Positions 36,052-47,593 of a DNA stretch of 64,000 nucleotides are shown here, one piece after another. Position 1 is the stretch's first letter; each line of letters opens with the position of its first letter. This stretch comes from an uncultured Ruminococcus sp. (GTDB lineage: Bacteria; Bacillota; Clostridia; Oscillospirales; CAG-382): contig CAZASH010000005.1 in assembly GCA_964487775.1 (NCBI GenBank), forward strand, positions 25,352 through 89,351, given 5' to 3'. The translations under genes were made by a program, and so were the position numbers. The notes under the pieces are model-generated. The model worked only from the letters and a program-made list of their open reading frames with translations. It did not search any database and was not told where the DNA came from.

Positions 36052-37497
36052 ATGTTGGATGTACTTATCATCGGCGCAGGCATTTGCGGCTCTGCGACGG
36101 CTTATTATCTGTCACGCTATGACCTCAAGGTCTGCGTGGTCGACAGAGAGCCGGACGTCGCAATGGGCACAACCAAAGCCAACAGCGCCATCATTCATGC
36201 GGGCTACGATCCCAAGCCGGGCACTCTGCTCGCCTCTCTCAATGTCGAGGGCAACAGGCTGTGCGGCGAGCTTGCAAAAGAGCTCGGGTTCGCATTCAAC
36301 CGCATAGGCTCGTATGTTCTGGCGTTTTCTGCCGAGGACGACGAGACTGTCAAAAAACTTTATGAGCGCGGCATGGCCAATGGCGTGCCGGGGCTCGAAA
36401 TACACACAAAAGAGCAGATCAAGGCGAATGAGCCCAACGTTTCGGATGCCGTTACTTCGGGACTTTACGCACCGTCGGCAGGCATCGTTTCGCCGTGGGG
36501 CTATTGCCTCGCATTGGCAGAGAATGCGGTAGCCAACGGCGCAAGCTTTGTTTTGGGCAGCGGCGTCAGGTCTATCGAGCAAAAGGACGGCTTTTTTGCC
36601 GTTACGCTCGAGAACGGCAATACGCTTGAGGCAAAATATGTGGTCAACTGCGCAGGCATACACGCTGCGGATATATGCGCAATGCTCGGTGAAAGAGAGT
36701 TTGAGATATATCCCTCAAAGGGTCAGTATTTCCTGCTCGACAAGAGCCAGTGCTCTGTTGTCAGCCATGTCATGTTCCAGTGCCCCTCGGCAGTCGGCAA
36801 GGGCGTGCTCGTTTCGCCCACCGCAGGCGGCAACCTTATCGTCGGACCTAACGCAGAATCGGGCAGCGAGTTTGACGACCTCTCGACAGATTCGGACGGA
36901 CTCGACTTTGTCGCAGAGGCGGCGGCAAGAACGACCACCAAGATCAATTATCGTGAGAACGTTCGCTGCTTTGCAGGGCTCAGAGCAAACTCTGACAGAG
37001 ATGACTTTATCATCGAGCCGTCAAAGCAGAACGCACATTTTATAAACGTCGCAGGCATCAAATCGCCAGGACTTTCGGCAGCGCCCGCTATTGCAAAATA
37101 CGTCGTTGCGATGCTCGGCGATATGGGACTTTCGCTAAATGAAAAGGCAGAAATAAAATATGCGCCCCGCCGTGTAAGCTTTGCAAAGGCGACGCCCGAG
37201 CAGAGAGAGGCGCTGGTCGCTTCGGATCCTCTTTACGGCAGCATAATATGCCGCTGCAACACCGTCACCGAGGCAGAGGTCGTTGCGGCGTGCCGCAGTC
37301 TTATCAAGCCTGTTTCTATCGACGGCATCAAGAGGCGTGCAGGCACAGGCATGGGCAGATGCCAGGGCGGCTTTTGCTCGCCCAGAGTTCACGAGATCAT
37401 TTCACGCGAGCTCGGCATAGCCTATGAGGATGTTATTCAGGAGAAAGAGGGCTCGTACATCGTGTGCGGCAGAATAGGGGATGAATGTGATGATTGA
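36052..37497 (+). CDS. FAD-dependent oxidoreductase, anaerobic glycerol-3-phosphate dehydrogenase (GlpA)-like, with a BFD-like [2Fe-2S] C-terminal domain
   Basis: DVLIIGAGICGSATAYYLS dinucleotide fold, and C-terminal ICRCNTVTEAEV...GTGMGRCQGGFC. Confidence 0.8.
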   Translation: MLDVLIIGAGICGSATAYYLSRYDLKVCVVDREPDVAMGTTKANSAIIHAGYDPKPGTLLASLNVEGNRLCGELAKELGFAFNRIGSYVLAFSAEDDETVKKLYERGMANGVPGLEIHTKEQIKANEPNVSDAVTSGLYAPSAGIVSPWGYCLALAENAVANGASFVLGSGVRSIEQKDGFFAVTLENGNTLEAKYVVNCAGIHAADICAMLGEREFEIYPSKGQYFLLDKSQCSVVSHVMFQCPSAVGKGVLVSPTAGGNLIVGPNAESGSEFDDLSTDSDGLDFVAEAAARTTTKINYRENVRCFAGLRANSDRDDFIIEPSKQNAHFINVAGIKSPGLSAAPAIAKYVVAMLGDMGLSLNEKAEIKYAPRRVSFAKATPEQREALVASDPLYGSIICRCNTVTEAEVVAACRSLIKPVSIDGIKRRAGTGMGRCQGGFCSPRVHEIISRELGIAYEDVIQEKEGSYIVCGRIGDECDD

Positions 37498-38758
37498 TTG
37501 CGGACTTGCCATTATCGGCGGAGGCCCTGCAGGTCTTGCCGCTGCTATTGCGGCTTATGACGAGGGACTTCGTGACATAATCGTTTTTGAGCGTGACACA
37601 GAGCCGGGCGGAATACTCGGTCAGTGCATTCACAACGGCTTTGGACTCACTACCTTCGGCGAAGAGCTTACAGGCCCTGAATACGCAGGCAGATATATCG
37701 CCGAGGCAAACAAGAGAAATATAAAAATACTCACCGAAACGATGGTCATTCAGCTCGATTCGGAGAGAGTTATAACCGCCGTCAGCAAAAAGGACGGCTA
37801 TATGCAGTATAAGGCAAAGGCAATAGTGCTCGCCATGGGCTGTCGTGAAAGAGGCAGAGGCCCTATCAAGCTTACGGGCGACAGGGGCAGCGGCGTTTTC
37901 ACTGCAGGCTGCGCACAGCGCTATATGAATATCGAGGGCTATATGGTCGGCAGGCGTGCAGTCATACTCGGCAGCGGCGATATAGGACTTATCATGGCTC
38001 GCCGTATGACGCTTGCGGGCGCAAAGGTGCTCGCCGTCGCAGAAATAATGCCGCATTCGTCCGGCCTGTCACGCAACATTGCACAGTGCCTTGACGATTT
38101 TGACATTCCGCTTTACCTTTCGCACACCGTTACGGATGTCAAGGGCGACAGGCGTGTCGAGAGCGTTACTATCTCGCAGGTCGACGAGCATATGAAGCCT
38201 ATCAAGGGCACAGAAAAGACATACGAGTGCGACACTCTGCTGCTTTCTGTCGGACTTGTCCCCGAGAACGAATTGAGCCGCATGGCAGGCGTTCCCATCG
38301 ACCCCAGAACCAACGGAGCAGTGGTCTATCAGGATATGCAGACAGAATACGACGGCATCTTTGCGTGCGGCAATGTTCTGCACGTTCACGACCTCGTCGA
38401 CTTTGTTTCCGCAGAGAGCGCAAAGGCAGGCGCTAACGCCGCAAAATATATCATGAACGGCTGCAAAAGAGCAGATAAGTCCGGTGCGCTCGAGCTCAAA
38501 AACGGCGACGGAGTATCCTACACCGTCCCCCAGCGTGTCAACACGCAGGATGTTTCGGGCAAGCTCACTGTTTTCTTCAGAGTAAGGCGCAAATACGCCG
38601 CTGCGACCGTCGAGGTCGTTTCGGGTGGTGAGCGCATAGCCGCTTTCAAGCGCAAATACCTCGCACCGGGCGAGATGCAGAACATCGTGCTGCCCGAGCA
38701 ACTGCTTAAAAAAGCAAGCGGAGATATAACTATAACTGTCGTGGAGGCTGAAGAATGA
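37481..38758 (+). CDS. NAD(P)/FAD-dependent pyridine nucleotide-disulfide oxidoreductase family protein
   Basis: AIIGGGPAGLAAAIAA and a second fold VILGSGDIGLIMARR. It overlaps the upstream gene by 17 nt. Confidence 0.8.
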   Translation: MNVMIDCGLAIIGGGPAGLAAAIAAYDEGLRDIIVFERDTEPGGILGQCIHNGFGLTTFGEELTGPEYAGRYIAEANKRNIKILTETMVIQLDSERVITAVSKKDGYMQYKAKAIVLAMGCRERGRGPIKLTGDRGSGVFTAGCAQRYMNIEGYMVGRRAVILGSGDIGLIMARRMTLAGAKVLAVAEIMPHSSGLSRNIAQCLDDFDIPLYLSHTVTDVKGDRRVESVTISQVDEHMKPIKGTEKTYECDTLLLSVGLVPENELSRMAGVPIDPRTNGAVVYQDMQTEYDGIFACGNVLHVHDLVDFVSAESAKAGANAAKYIMNGCKRADKSGALELKNGDGVSYTVPQRVNTQDVSGKLTVFFRVRRKYAAATVEVVSGGERIAAFKRKYLAPGEMQNIVLPEQLLKKASGDITITVVEAEE

Positions 38759-39096
38759 AACAGCTCGTTTGCATCGGCTGCCCCAGAGGCTGCCATCTCG
38801 AGATAAACGAAGAAACACTTGAGGTCAAGGGCAACTTTTGTCCCACAGGCGCAGAATACGGCAGAAACGAGCTCGTTTCGCCTATGCGCACGGTCACTGC
38901 AACCGTCAGAATAGAGGGCGGCGTCCACGCAAGGCTCGCCGTTCGCACAGACAAGGCAGTGCCCAAAGCGAAAATGCTCGACGTCGTCGCCGAACTGAAC
39001 CGCTATACCGCACATTCACCTGTCAAAATGGGCGAGGTGCTCATAGCAAACGTCGCCGACACCGACGCCAATATCATAGCCTCGAGGGATATGTAA
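38755..39096 (+). CDS. DUF1667-like small Cys protein, the usual third member of this oxidoreductase operon
   Basis: VCIGCPRGCHLE...CPTG. It shows a 4-nt start/stop overlap with the upstream gene. Confidence 0.7.
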   Translation: MKQLVCIGCPRGCHLEINEETLEVKGNFCPTGAEYGRNELVSPMRTVTATVRIEGGVHARLAVRTDKAVPKAKMLDVVAELNRYTAHSPVKMGEVLIANVADTDANIIASRDM

Positions 39097-39115
39097 AAAC
39101 GCATATTTTTTGCTT

Positions 39116-39151
39116 ATCGGCAGCCGTTTGAATGCGGTTGCCGATATTTTT
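39116..39151 (+). terminator. Rho-independent terminator after the oxidoreductase operon
   Basis: ATCGGCAGCCG - TTTGAATG - CGGTTGCCGAT (one G-U pair) followed by ATTTTT. Confidence 0.8.
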
Positions 39152-39194
39152 GCGGGCATTTCTTTTAGTTGGCAGATTATTTTTTAAAAAAGCA

Positions 39195-39224
39195 TTGAAA
39201 TAATCACCCGATGTGTGGTATATT
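39195..39224 (+). promoter_or_regulatory. Candidate sigma-A promoter for secA
   Basis: TTGAAA (39195-39200), an 18-nt spacer, then TATATT (39219-39224). Confidence 0.5.
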
Positions 39225-39254
39225 AAAGTGATTAAATGTACGGGAGTTTATGCA

Positions 39255-42014
39255 ATGGCATTGTTTTCAAAGCTTTTTGGCACATACAGCGACAGGCAGA
39301 TCAAAAAGATCGAGCCTATCGTCAACAAGATAGATGCACTTTCAGACAAATATTCTGCGATGAGTGACGACGAGCTGTCGGCGCAGACCGCAGCTTTAAA
39401 GGCGCGGCTTGCCGATGGTGAAACGCTTGACGACATATTGCCCGATGCCTTTGCGGCGATGCGTGAGGCAGCGTTCCGCATTCTGGGCATGAAGCCCTAT
39501 CGTGTGCAGCTCATCGGCGGCATCGTTCTGCATCAGGGGCGTATCGCCGAGATGAAGACGGGCGAGGGCAAGACGCTGATGGCGACTTTGCCTGCATACC
39601 TCAATGCGCTTTCGGGCAAGGGAGTGCATATCGTTACGGTCAACGAATATCTTGCACGCCGTGACAGTGAGTGGATGGGCAAGGTGTATAAATTCATGGG
39701 GCTTTCTGTCGGACTGATCTATTCGGGACAGCCTGCGGCAGAGAAGCGCCAGGCGTATTCCGCCGATATAACCTACGGCACAGACAACGAGTTTGGCTTT
39801 GACTATCTGCGTGACAACATGGTGGCATATAAGGCAAATCTCGTTCAGCGCGGACACGTTTTTGCGATCGTCGACGAGGTCGACTCGATACTTATCGACG
39901 AAGCACGCACGCCGCTTATCATTTCGGGCAAGGGCGAGGCCTCGAGCGAGCTTTATAAAAAGGCGGATACGCTCGTTGCACGTATGTCCTGCCACCGCAT
40001 CAAAGAGCAGGATCGCAAGCACGGTGACGTCGAGCTTGACGAAAACGGCAACGAGGTCGCCATAATCGAGGACTATATCGTCGACGAAAAGGCTCGCACT
40101 GCGGTGCTCACCGAAAACGGCATCGCAAAGGCAGAGCGTTATTTCGGCATCGAGAACCTCGGCGACGGCGAAAACACCGAGATGATGCATTATATACAAA
40201 ATGCGCTTCAGGCGCGCGGCGTTATGAAAAACGACGTCGACTATGTCGTCAAGGACGGCGAGGTTCTGATCGTCGACGCCTTCACCGGACGCATCATGTA
40301 CGGCAGGCGCTACAGCAACGGTCTGCATCAGGCTATCGAGGCGAAAGAGAACGTCAAGATCGCCGATGAGAACCGCACCATGGCGACCATTACATTGCAG
40401 AACTATTTCAGAATGTATACCAAGCTGTCGGGCATGACAGGTACTGCCTTGACAGAAGAAAACGAATTCAGAGAGATATATTCGCTCGACGTTGTCGTCG
40501 TGCCCACAAACAAGCCGATGATCAGGGTCGACCACAACGACAGGGTCTTTAAGACCGAAAAGGGCAAATATACCGCCATGCTGCGCCAGATAAGAGAGTG
40601 CGTGCAAAAGGGTCAGCCTATTCTGATAGGCACTGTTTCGGTCGAAAAGAGCGAGATGCTTTCCGCTATGCTCAAGAAAGAGGGCATACGCCACAACGTG
40701 CTCAATGCAAAATATCACGAGCGCGAGGCAGAGATAGTTGCGCAGGCAGGCAGATTCGGAGCAGTCACGATAGCTACCAATATGGCAGGTCGTGGCACAG
40801 ATATAATCCTCGGCGGCAACACCGAATTTATGGCTAAGCAGAAGATGCGTGAGGAGGGCTTTGACGAAGAGGCTATTTTGCAGGCTACCAACCTCGGACA
40901 TCTCACCGATACGCGCGATATTGCGGCTCGTGAAAGGTTCAACGAGCTCGAAAAGCAGATGCGTGTCGAGCGTGACGCCGAGGCAGAACGTGTTCGCGAG
41001 GCGGGCGGACTTTATATACTCGGCACAGAGCGCCACGAGTCGAGGCGAATCGACAACCAGCTTCGCGGCAGATCAGGCAGACAGGGCGACCCGGGCGAGA
41101 GCTGCTTTTATATCTCGTTCCAGGATGATCTTTTGCGCCTGAACGGTGCAGATCGCATTCCTCTCAACCTGCCTATCGCAGATGACGAGGCGATGGACAT
41201 CAAGGCGCTTTCGAATGTTATCGAATCGGCACAGCGCCGTGTCGAGGGTCGCAACTTCGAGCGCCGCAAAACAGTGCTTGAATACGACGATGTTGTCAAC
41301 AGCCAGCGTGAGCTGATATACAAAGAGCGCCGTGAGGTGCTCGACGATGTCGACGTTACGCCCAAGATCCGCAAGATGATAGATCAGTATGTCACCCAAA
41401 AGGTCTCTGAGCTTTGCGTGGGCGACGTTCCCGATGAATGGAGCTTCCTTGCATTGCATCAGGCGTTCGACGATATGTTTGGCACCAAGGATGCGTTTGT
41501 CTATGACCAGTCTGCGCTCGGCAGGCTCACGCAGGAGGATGTCATTAAAGAGGCGCTTGAAAGAGCAGATGCGGCATACGAGAGGCAAAAGGCGCAATTT
41601 ACGCCCGAGATTTTCGCACAATCAAACCGCAACGCTCTGCTCAACTCTGTCGACCACCACTGGATGGATCACATCGATGCCATGAGCAGCCTGCAGGAGA
41701 GCATAGGACTTACCGCTTACGCAGGCAAAAAGCCTATAATCGAATATAAGATCCAGGGCGGCGAAATGTTTGAAGAAATGATAGCTCAGATACGCTTTGA
41801 TGCTATCAGGATAGTTATGACCATGAAACCCATGACAGAGGTCGAGCGCAAAGTAATCGTTTCGCTCATGGGCAACGGCATAAACAGCAACAGACGCGGT
41901 GTTGCCGCACCTGTCACAAGCGGAGTCAAAAAGGTCGGGCCTAACGACCCGTGTCCCTGCGGCAGCGGCAAGAAATATAAAAAATGCTGCGGCGGAGTGA
42001 GAGGCAAGAGCTGA
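39255..42014 (+). CDS. secA: Preprotein translocase ATPase SecA
   Basis: The start was moved to the ATG at 39255, 8 nt after GGGAG (MALFSKLFG). MKTGEGKTL Walker A, DEVDSILIDEARTPLIISG, TNMAGRGTDI, and a C-terminal Zn finger CPCGSGKKYKKCCG. Confidence 0.97.
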   Translation: MALFSKLFGTYSDRQIKKIEPIVNKIDALSDKYSAMSDDELSAQTAALKARLADGETLDDILPDAFAAMREAAFRILGMKPYRVQLIGGIVLHQGRIAEMKTGEGKTLMATLPAYLNALSGKGVHIVTVNEYLARRDSEWMGKVYKFMGLSVGLIYSGQPAAEKRQAYSADITYGTDNEFGFDYLRDNMVAYKANLVQRGHVFAIVDEVDSILIDEARTPLIISGKGEASSELYKKADTLVARMSCHRIKEQDRKHGDVELDENGNEVAIIEDYIVDEKARTAVLTENGIAKAERYFGIENLGDGENTEMMHYIQNALQARGVMKNDVDYVVKDGEVLIVDAFTGRIMYGRRYSNGLHQAIEAKENVKIADENRTMATITLQNYFRMYTKLSGMTGTALTEENEFREIYSLDVVVVPTNKPMIRVDHNDRVFKTEKGKYTAMLRQIRECVQKGQPILIGTVSVEKSEMLSAMLKKEGIRHNVLNAKYHEREAEIVAQAGRFGAVTIATNMAGRGTDIILGGNTEFMAKQKMREEGFDEEAILQATNLGHLTDTRDIAARERFNELEKQMRVERDAEAERVREAGGLYILGTERHESRRIDNQLRGRSGRQGDPGESCFYISFQDDLLRLNGADRIPLNLPIADDEAMDIKALSNVIESAQRRVEGRNFERRKTVLEYDDVVNSQRELIYKERREVLDDVDVTPKIRKMIDQYVTQKVSELCVGDVPDEWSFLALHQAFDDMFGTKDAFVYDQSALGRLTQEDVIKEALERADAAYERQKAQFTPEIFAQSNRNALLNSVDHHWMDHIDAMSSLQESIGLTAYAGKKPIIEYKIQGGEMFEEMIAQIRFDAIRIVMTMKPMTEVERKVIVSLMGNGINSNRRGVAAPVTSGVKKVGPNDPCPCGSGKKYKKCCGGVRGKS

Positions 42015-42016
42015 GT

Positions 42017-42664
42017 ATGGGATTTGGAATAGTAACTATTGGATGTCTCAGCCTGCTGCTCATCGACTGGGGCGGCAGCATTCTGGCAGGCTTGCTCTGC
42101 GCATACGGGCTTTATCTTGCCTCGAGGCTTGAAAAAAGATATTTATACGGTGCGGTATCATCGCTGTTTATGATGCCTCACGGCATCGTATTGCTGCTCG
42201 ATTTTGTGCTCGGCATCAAGCTCGGCGAGGTCGTTTCGTCGATTACCTATATAATGCTCATGCTGGGCTGGGCAGGCTATATGTTCTTTATGCTGACCGG
42301 CACGAGGTGCATAGCCGTCGAAAACAACGCAAAAAAATTCGAATCTCGCTGCAATACTCTGCTTTATTTCTGCATACTTTATTTCGCTGCCGAAACGGTG
42401 GCAAACCTTGCCGGCTTTTCGCAGATGCAGGTGATAATGACTGTGGCGAAATATATCATAATCATTTTGATGATATGGTTTGCGCACACCTGCTTTGTCT
42501 ATATTTCCACCCCACAGCAGACAGAAAAGGATATCGCCGACGTCGCCGCCATCGAAAAGAAGGAGCGCGAGAGGCGTGAGAGATCAGACAAGAAATTTGA
42601 GGATGCAAAGATACCTCAAAAAGCAAAAAACGCTTTAAAAACGACTAAAAAAGACAAAAAATGA
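42017..42664 (+). CDS. Hypothetical polytopic membrane protein with a Lys/Glu-rich C-terminal tail
   Basis: The ATG at 42017 lies 3 nt after the secA stop. It has about 6 TM segments. I recognise no family. Confidence 0.55.
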   Translation: MGFGIVTIGCLSLLLIDWGGSILAGLLCAYGLYLASRLEKRYLYGAVSSLFMMPHGIVLLLDFVLGIKLGEVVSSITYIMLMLGWAGYMFFMLTGTRCIAVENNAKKFESRCNTLLYFCILYFAAETVANLAGFSQMQVIMTVAKYIIIILMIWFAHTCFVYISTPQQTEKDIADVAAIEKKERERRERSDKKFEDAKIPQKAKNALKTTKKDKK

Positions 42665-43929
42665 AACAAAACGCTTTTCCTGCAAAAAAACGGACGCTGT
42701 TGTTTATCGGCGCGATAACGCTGTTTAATCCCTGCGTCAACATAGTTGATGTGATCCCCGATGTGATAGGCTTTGTGCTGATCTCGATCGCACTTGCCGC
42801 TTATGCCGTCGCAGATCCCGAATTTGACGAATGCCGCAGATATGCGCATTTTATGCTGTGGCTTAGTGCGGTAAAGCTGATCTTGTCGCCGATAGTCGCT
42901 GTTTCGTCGGTCGACGACGACAGGCTTTTGGCAACCTTTTGCTTTGCCGTGGCAGAGTGCATATTTATGTCCCTGCTTTCGTCGAGGCTGCTGAATGAGA
43001 TAGATTATCTCGTCGGCAGATACGCTGCCGAGGCAACAAGAGGCGTGTGCAGCGAAGCGACTGATTTTTGCAGGATATTCGTGCAGCTTAAGGTGTGGCT
43101 GCCGCTTTTGCCTGAGCTGACCTCGCTCGCCGCCGACGAATCACACGCCGACGACATCAATTCGCTTGAATGGTCGGCGATAGCCGAGATGAAGAGCTTT
43201 GTCATCGTCATCGTCGTGCTGACACTGCTGGTGCTCGGCGTGATGTATCTCATCAAGCTCACAAGGCTTTACAAAGCACTTTGCGCCGACAGCGCATACA
43301 ACGAGGCATTGCAGGCAAAATATATCGAGAACGATGCGCGCGATATTTATCGCAGCTACCGCAGCAGATTAAAGGCGGGACTCACGGTCGTCTGTGTCGG
43401 TGCGATATGCTTTTTGGATATAAGCATCTCGTCTGTTCCGATAGTCACGCCGTTTGTCGGAATGATCCTTATGGGGCTTTTCGGCATTATAGCAAATATG
43501 AAAAAAGGCTTTATGCGCACGCTTAAAAGCCTGATAATTGCACTGCCGCTCGAGCTTGCGGCGATATTGATAAGGCAAAAATTGCCTATCGATATAGTTG
43601 ATATAATTCAAATGGATATACAAACCATGCTCACAGGGCTTGCCGCTGCGATATTGTCTGCTGCGGCGTGGCTGATATTCGGCTATTGCTTTGCGAGCGA
43701 CATGAGCGTGTTTACGAGAGGGCTCGGAGAATTGCGGCACGGCTTTAAAGCGCCTGCCTGCTGCTTTGTGATATTGCTGCTGATAAGGGCTGTGGCAATG
43801 ATATTGCCTTATCTCAAGCCGTGGACTGTCACCCCTTATTTTGCGGTGTGCGTCATTACGGTCATAACTTTAATAAACACGCTGACTGCCGTATACGATG
43901 CGGCGACAAAAAACAAAAAGGCAGAATGA
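42661..43929 (+). CDS. Hypothetical polytopic membrane protein
   Basis: It shows a 4-nt overlap with the upstream gene and has about 9-10 hydrophobic segments. I recognise no family. Confidence 0.55.
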   Translation: MKQNAFPAKKRTLLFIGAITLFNPCVNIVDVIPDVIGFVLISIALAAYAVADPEFDECRRYAHFMLWLSAVKLILSPIVAVSSVDDDRLLATFCFAVAECIFMSLLSSRLLNEIDYLVGRYAAEATRGVCSEATDFCRIFVQLKVWLPLLPELTSLAADESHADDINSLEWSAIAEMKSFVIVIVVLTLLVLGVMYLIKLTRLYKALCADSAYNEALQAKYIENDARDIYRSYRSRLKAGLTVVCVGAICFLDISISSVPIVTPFVGMILMGLFGIIANMKKGFMRTLKSLIIALPLELAAILIRQKLPIDIVDIIQMDIQTMLTGLAAAILSAAAWLIFGYCFASDMSVFTRGLGELRHGFKAPACCFVILLLIRAVAMILPYLKPWTVTPYFAVCVITVITLINTLTAVYDAATKNKKAE

Positions 43930-43936
43930 TCAGGAA

Positions 43937-45799
43937 ATGTGCGGATTTGTAGGTATTTTCGGTAATATAATTCCCGCTGACAGCGGTATGATAAAAAATA
44001 TGTCGTGCCGCATCAGCCACAGAGGTCCCGACCTCGACAGGTCGAGAGAATATGCAGACTCGGTCTTTGCGTTCAGAAGGCTTGCGATAGTCGATATTTC
44101 AGAGGGCGCACAGCCGTATGATACGCCCGACGGACGCTATAGCGCCATGTTCAACGGCGAGATATACAACCATCTCGAATTGCGTGACGAGCTTATCGCT
44201 TGCGGCGTTGAATTTGAGAGCAAGGCAGAGATCGAAATAATCACAAAGCTTTATATAAAATACGGAGCGGCGTTTCTCGGCAAATTGCGTGGAATGTACG
44301 CCATCGTCATCGTCGACCACAAAGAGCACACTCTGTTTGCCGCACGTGACGGCTTTGGCATCAAGCCGCTTTATTATTCCGCCGATCGCTCAAAGCTGAT
44401 TTTCGGCAGCGAGCTTAAGGCGTTCAAGGATTGCGACCGTGTCGAGCTCGAGATAGACAGAGTCTCAATGCAGCATTATATGACGTTCCAGTATGTCCCC
44501 GACCCGAGAACCATATTTAAGTCGGTGCGCATTTTGCAAAAGGGCACGTATATGATCTGCCGCATGATAGGCGACACTCTGCAATACGAAACGAGCACCT
44601 ATTTTATACCCGTTCCCGCACCTGATGTCGTCACCGACTATCAGACCAAAAAAGCAAGGCTTTACGAGGCACTCGAAAACAGCGTGGCATATCATATGCT
44701 TTCAGATGTTCCCGTCGGCACGTTTTTGTCGAGCGGCATAGACAGCGCTGCGATCACGGCGCTTGCTTCAAAGCTTGTTCCGGGCACAAAATGCTTTACC
44801 GTCGGCTTTGACGTCGATGGCTACAGCGAGGCAGAGGATGCTCACCGCATAGCAGAGCGTGTCGGCGCAAATCATATCGTTTGCCACGCCACTATCGACG
44901 ATTTTGTCGAGGCGTTCCCAAAAACGGTATATCATCTCGATTCGCCCATGTCCGACCCGTCCTGTGTAGCGATCTATCTCGTCTGCAAAGAGGCTTCAAA
45001 GCATGTCAAAACAGTGCTTTCGGGCGAGGGCAGCGACGAAATGTTTGCAGGCTACAACCAATATAAGACCGCACTTTCGTCACGCAGGCTGGCAAGCCTG
45101 CCAAAGCCCATAAAATCGATGCTGCATTGCTTTGCCTCGGCACTGCCCGACGGCGCAAAGGGCAAGGGATATATTTTAAGAGGCACAGAGCCTGTTGAAA
45201 AGAGATACCTCACCAACGCACTCGCACTCAGCGAACGCCAAAAGCGTGCTCTGATGGTGCCCTATGACAAGAGCGTTTCGCCGTCGGATATAGTCGAGCC
45301 GATATACGCACGCACGGCAGGCTTCAGCCCGCTGATGAAGATGCAATACTGCGACATCGCGCTTTTGCTGCCGTCGGATATGCTGGTCAAGGGCGACAGG
45401 CTTTCGATGGCGCACTCGCTTGAGCTGCGCACCCCGTTCATCGACCGTGAGGTCTATGAGGCGGCAAGAGTGCTGGCGGATGAGGATAAATTGCACGGAG
45501 GAACGACAAAATACATCCTGCGTGACGCCTGCAGGGAATTGCTGGGCGAAGAAAACGCCATGCGCACCAAGCTCGGCTATCCTGTTCCCGTGCGCATCTG
45601 GCTCAGAAACGAGCTTTATGACTGGGCGAAGGATATTATTTCGTCCGATGTCTGCCCCGAATATATCAATGCTCGAGAGGCGCTCTCGATGCTCGAGGCT
45701 TACCGCAGGGGCAAGACAGACAATTATCGCGGAATCTGGAATATTCTCACGTTTATGACGTGGTACAAGCTATATATTATCGATACTAAAGGCAATTGA
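43937..45799 (+). CDS. asnB: Asparagine synthase (glutamine-hydrolysing)
   Basis: The start was moved to the ATG at 43937 so that the protein begins MCGFVGIF (Ntn Cys2). The PP-loop is FLSSGIDSAAI. Confidence 0.92.
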   Translation: MCGFVGIFGNIIPADSGMIKNMSCRISHRGPDLDRSREYADSVFAFRRLAIVDISEGAQPYDTPDGRYSAMFNGEIYNHLELRDELIACGVEFESKAEIEIITKLYIKYGAAFLGKLRGMYAIVIVDHKEHTLFAARDGFGIKPLYYSADRSKLIFGSELKAFKDCDRVELEIDRVSMQHYMTFQYVPDPRTIFKSVRILQKGTYMICRMIGDTLQYETSTYFIPVPAPDVVTDYQTKKARLYEALENSVAYHMLSDVPVGTFLSSGIDSAAITALASKLVPGTKCFTVGFDVDGYSEAEDAHRIAERVGANHIVCHATIDDFVEAFPKTVYHLDSPMSDPSCVAIYLVCKEASKHVKTVLSGEGSDEMFAGYNQYKTALSSRRLASLPKPIKSMLHCFASALPDGAKGKGYILRGTEPVEKRYLTNALALSERQKRALMVPYDKSVSPSDIVEPIYARTAGFSPLMKMQYCDIALLLPSDMLVKGDRLSMAHSLELRTPFIDREVYEAARVLADEDKLHGGTTKYILRDACRELLGEENAMRTKLGYPVPVRIWLRNELYDWAKDIISSDVCPEYINAREALSMLEAYRRGKTDNYRGIWNILTFMTWYKLYIIDTKGN

Positions 45800-45830
45800 C
45801 GGTCACAAATTTTGCAGGAGGTAACTATCA

Positions 45831-47150
<1,320 letters not shown>

Positions 47151-47176
47151 TCATCCTTTTGGAGATATAAAGCATT

Positions 47177-47593
47177 ATGGAATACATATCACATTCGGCG
47201 GCTGAAACCGAAAAAATTGCCGCCGATATAGCAAAAACGCTCGTCGGCGGCGAGTATATCGCACTCTACGGCAGTATGGGCGCAGGCAAGACGGCGTTCA
47301 CACGGGGTCTTGTTAAGTGCCTCGCACCCGAGTGCCTGCCGCTCGTGCATTCGCCGACGTTTGCGATAGTCAACGAGTATCGCGGCGAAAGGTTCATCAT
47401 ATACCACTACGATCTTTACAGGCTGACCGACGAGGACGACCTCATCTCGACAGGCTTCAGCGATTATAACGACGGCAGAGCGATAGTCATCTCCGAATGG
47501 AGCGAGCTTTTTGACGACATCCTGCCCGAGGATCGCATCAGAATAAAGATCGAGATATTATCAGAAACCGACAGGAGGATAACCGTATGCTGA
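47177..47593 (+). CDS. tsaE: tRNA t6A37 biosynthesis ATPase TsaE
   Basis: LYGSMGAGKTAFTRGL, SPTFAIVNEY, HYDLYRL. Confidence 0.9.
   Translation: MEYISHSAAETEKIAADIAKTLVGGEYIALYGSMGAGKTAFTRGLVKCLAPECLPLVHSPTFAIVNEYRGERFIIYHYDLYRLTDEDDLISTGFSDYNDGRAIVISEWSELFDDILPEDRIRIKIEILSETDRRITVC

Noticed and set aside
39213-39254. The N-terminal extension of secA given in the ORF track (MWYIKVIKCTGVYA...).
   Set aside because: The predicted promoter -10 ends at 39224. The GGGAG RBS sits 8 nt before the ATG at 39255, which yields the canonical SecA N-terminus MALFSKLFG.
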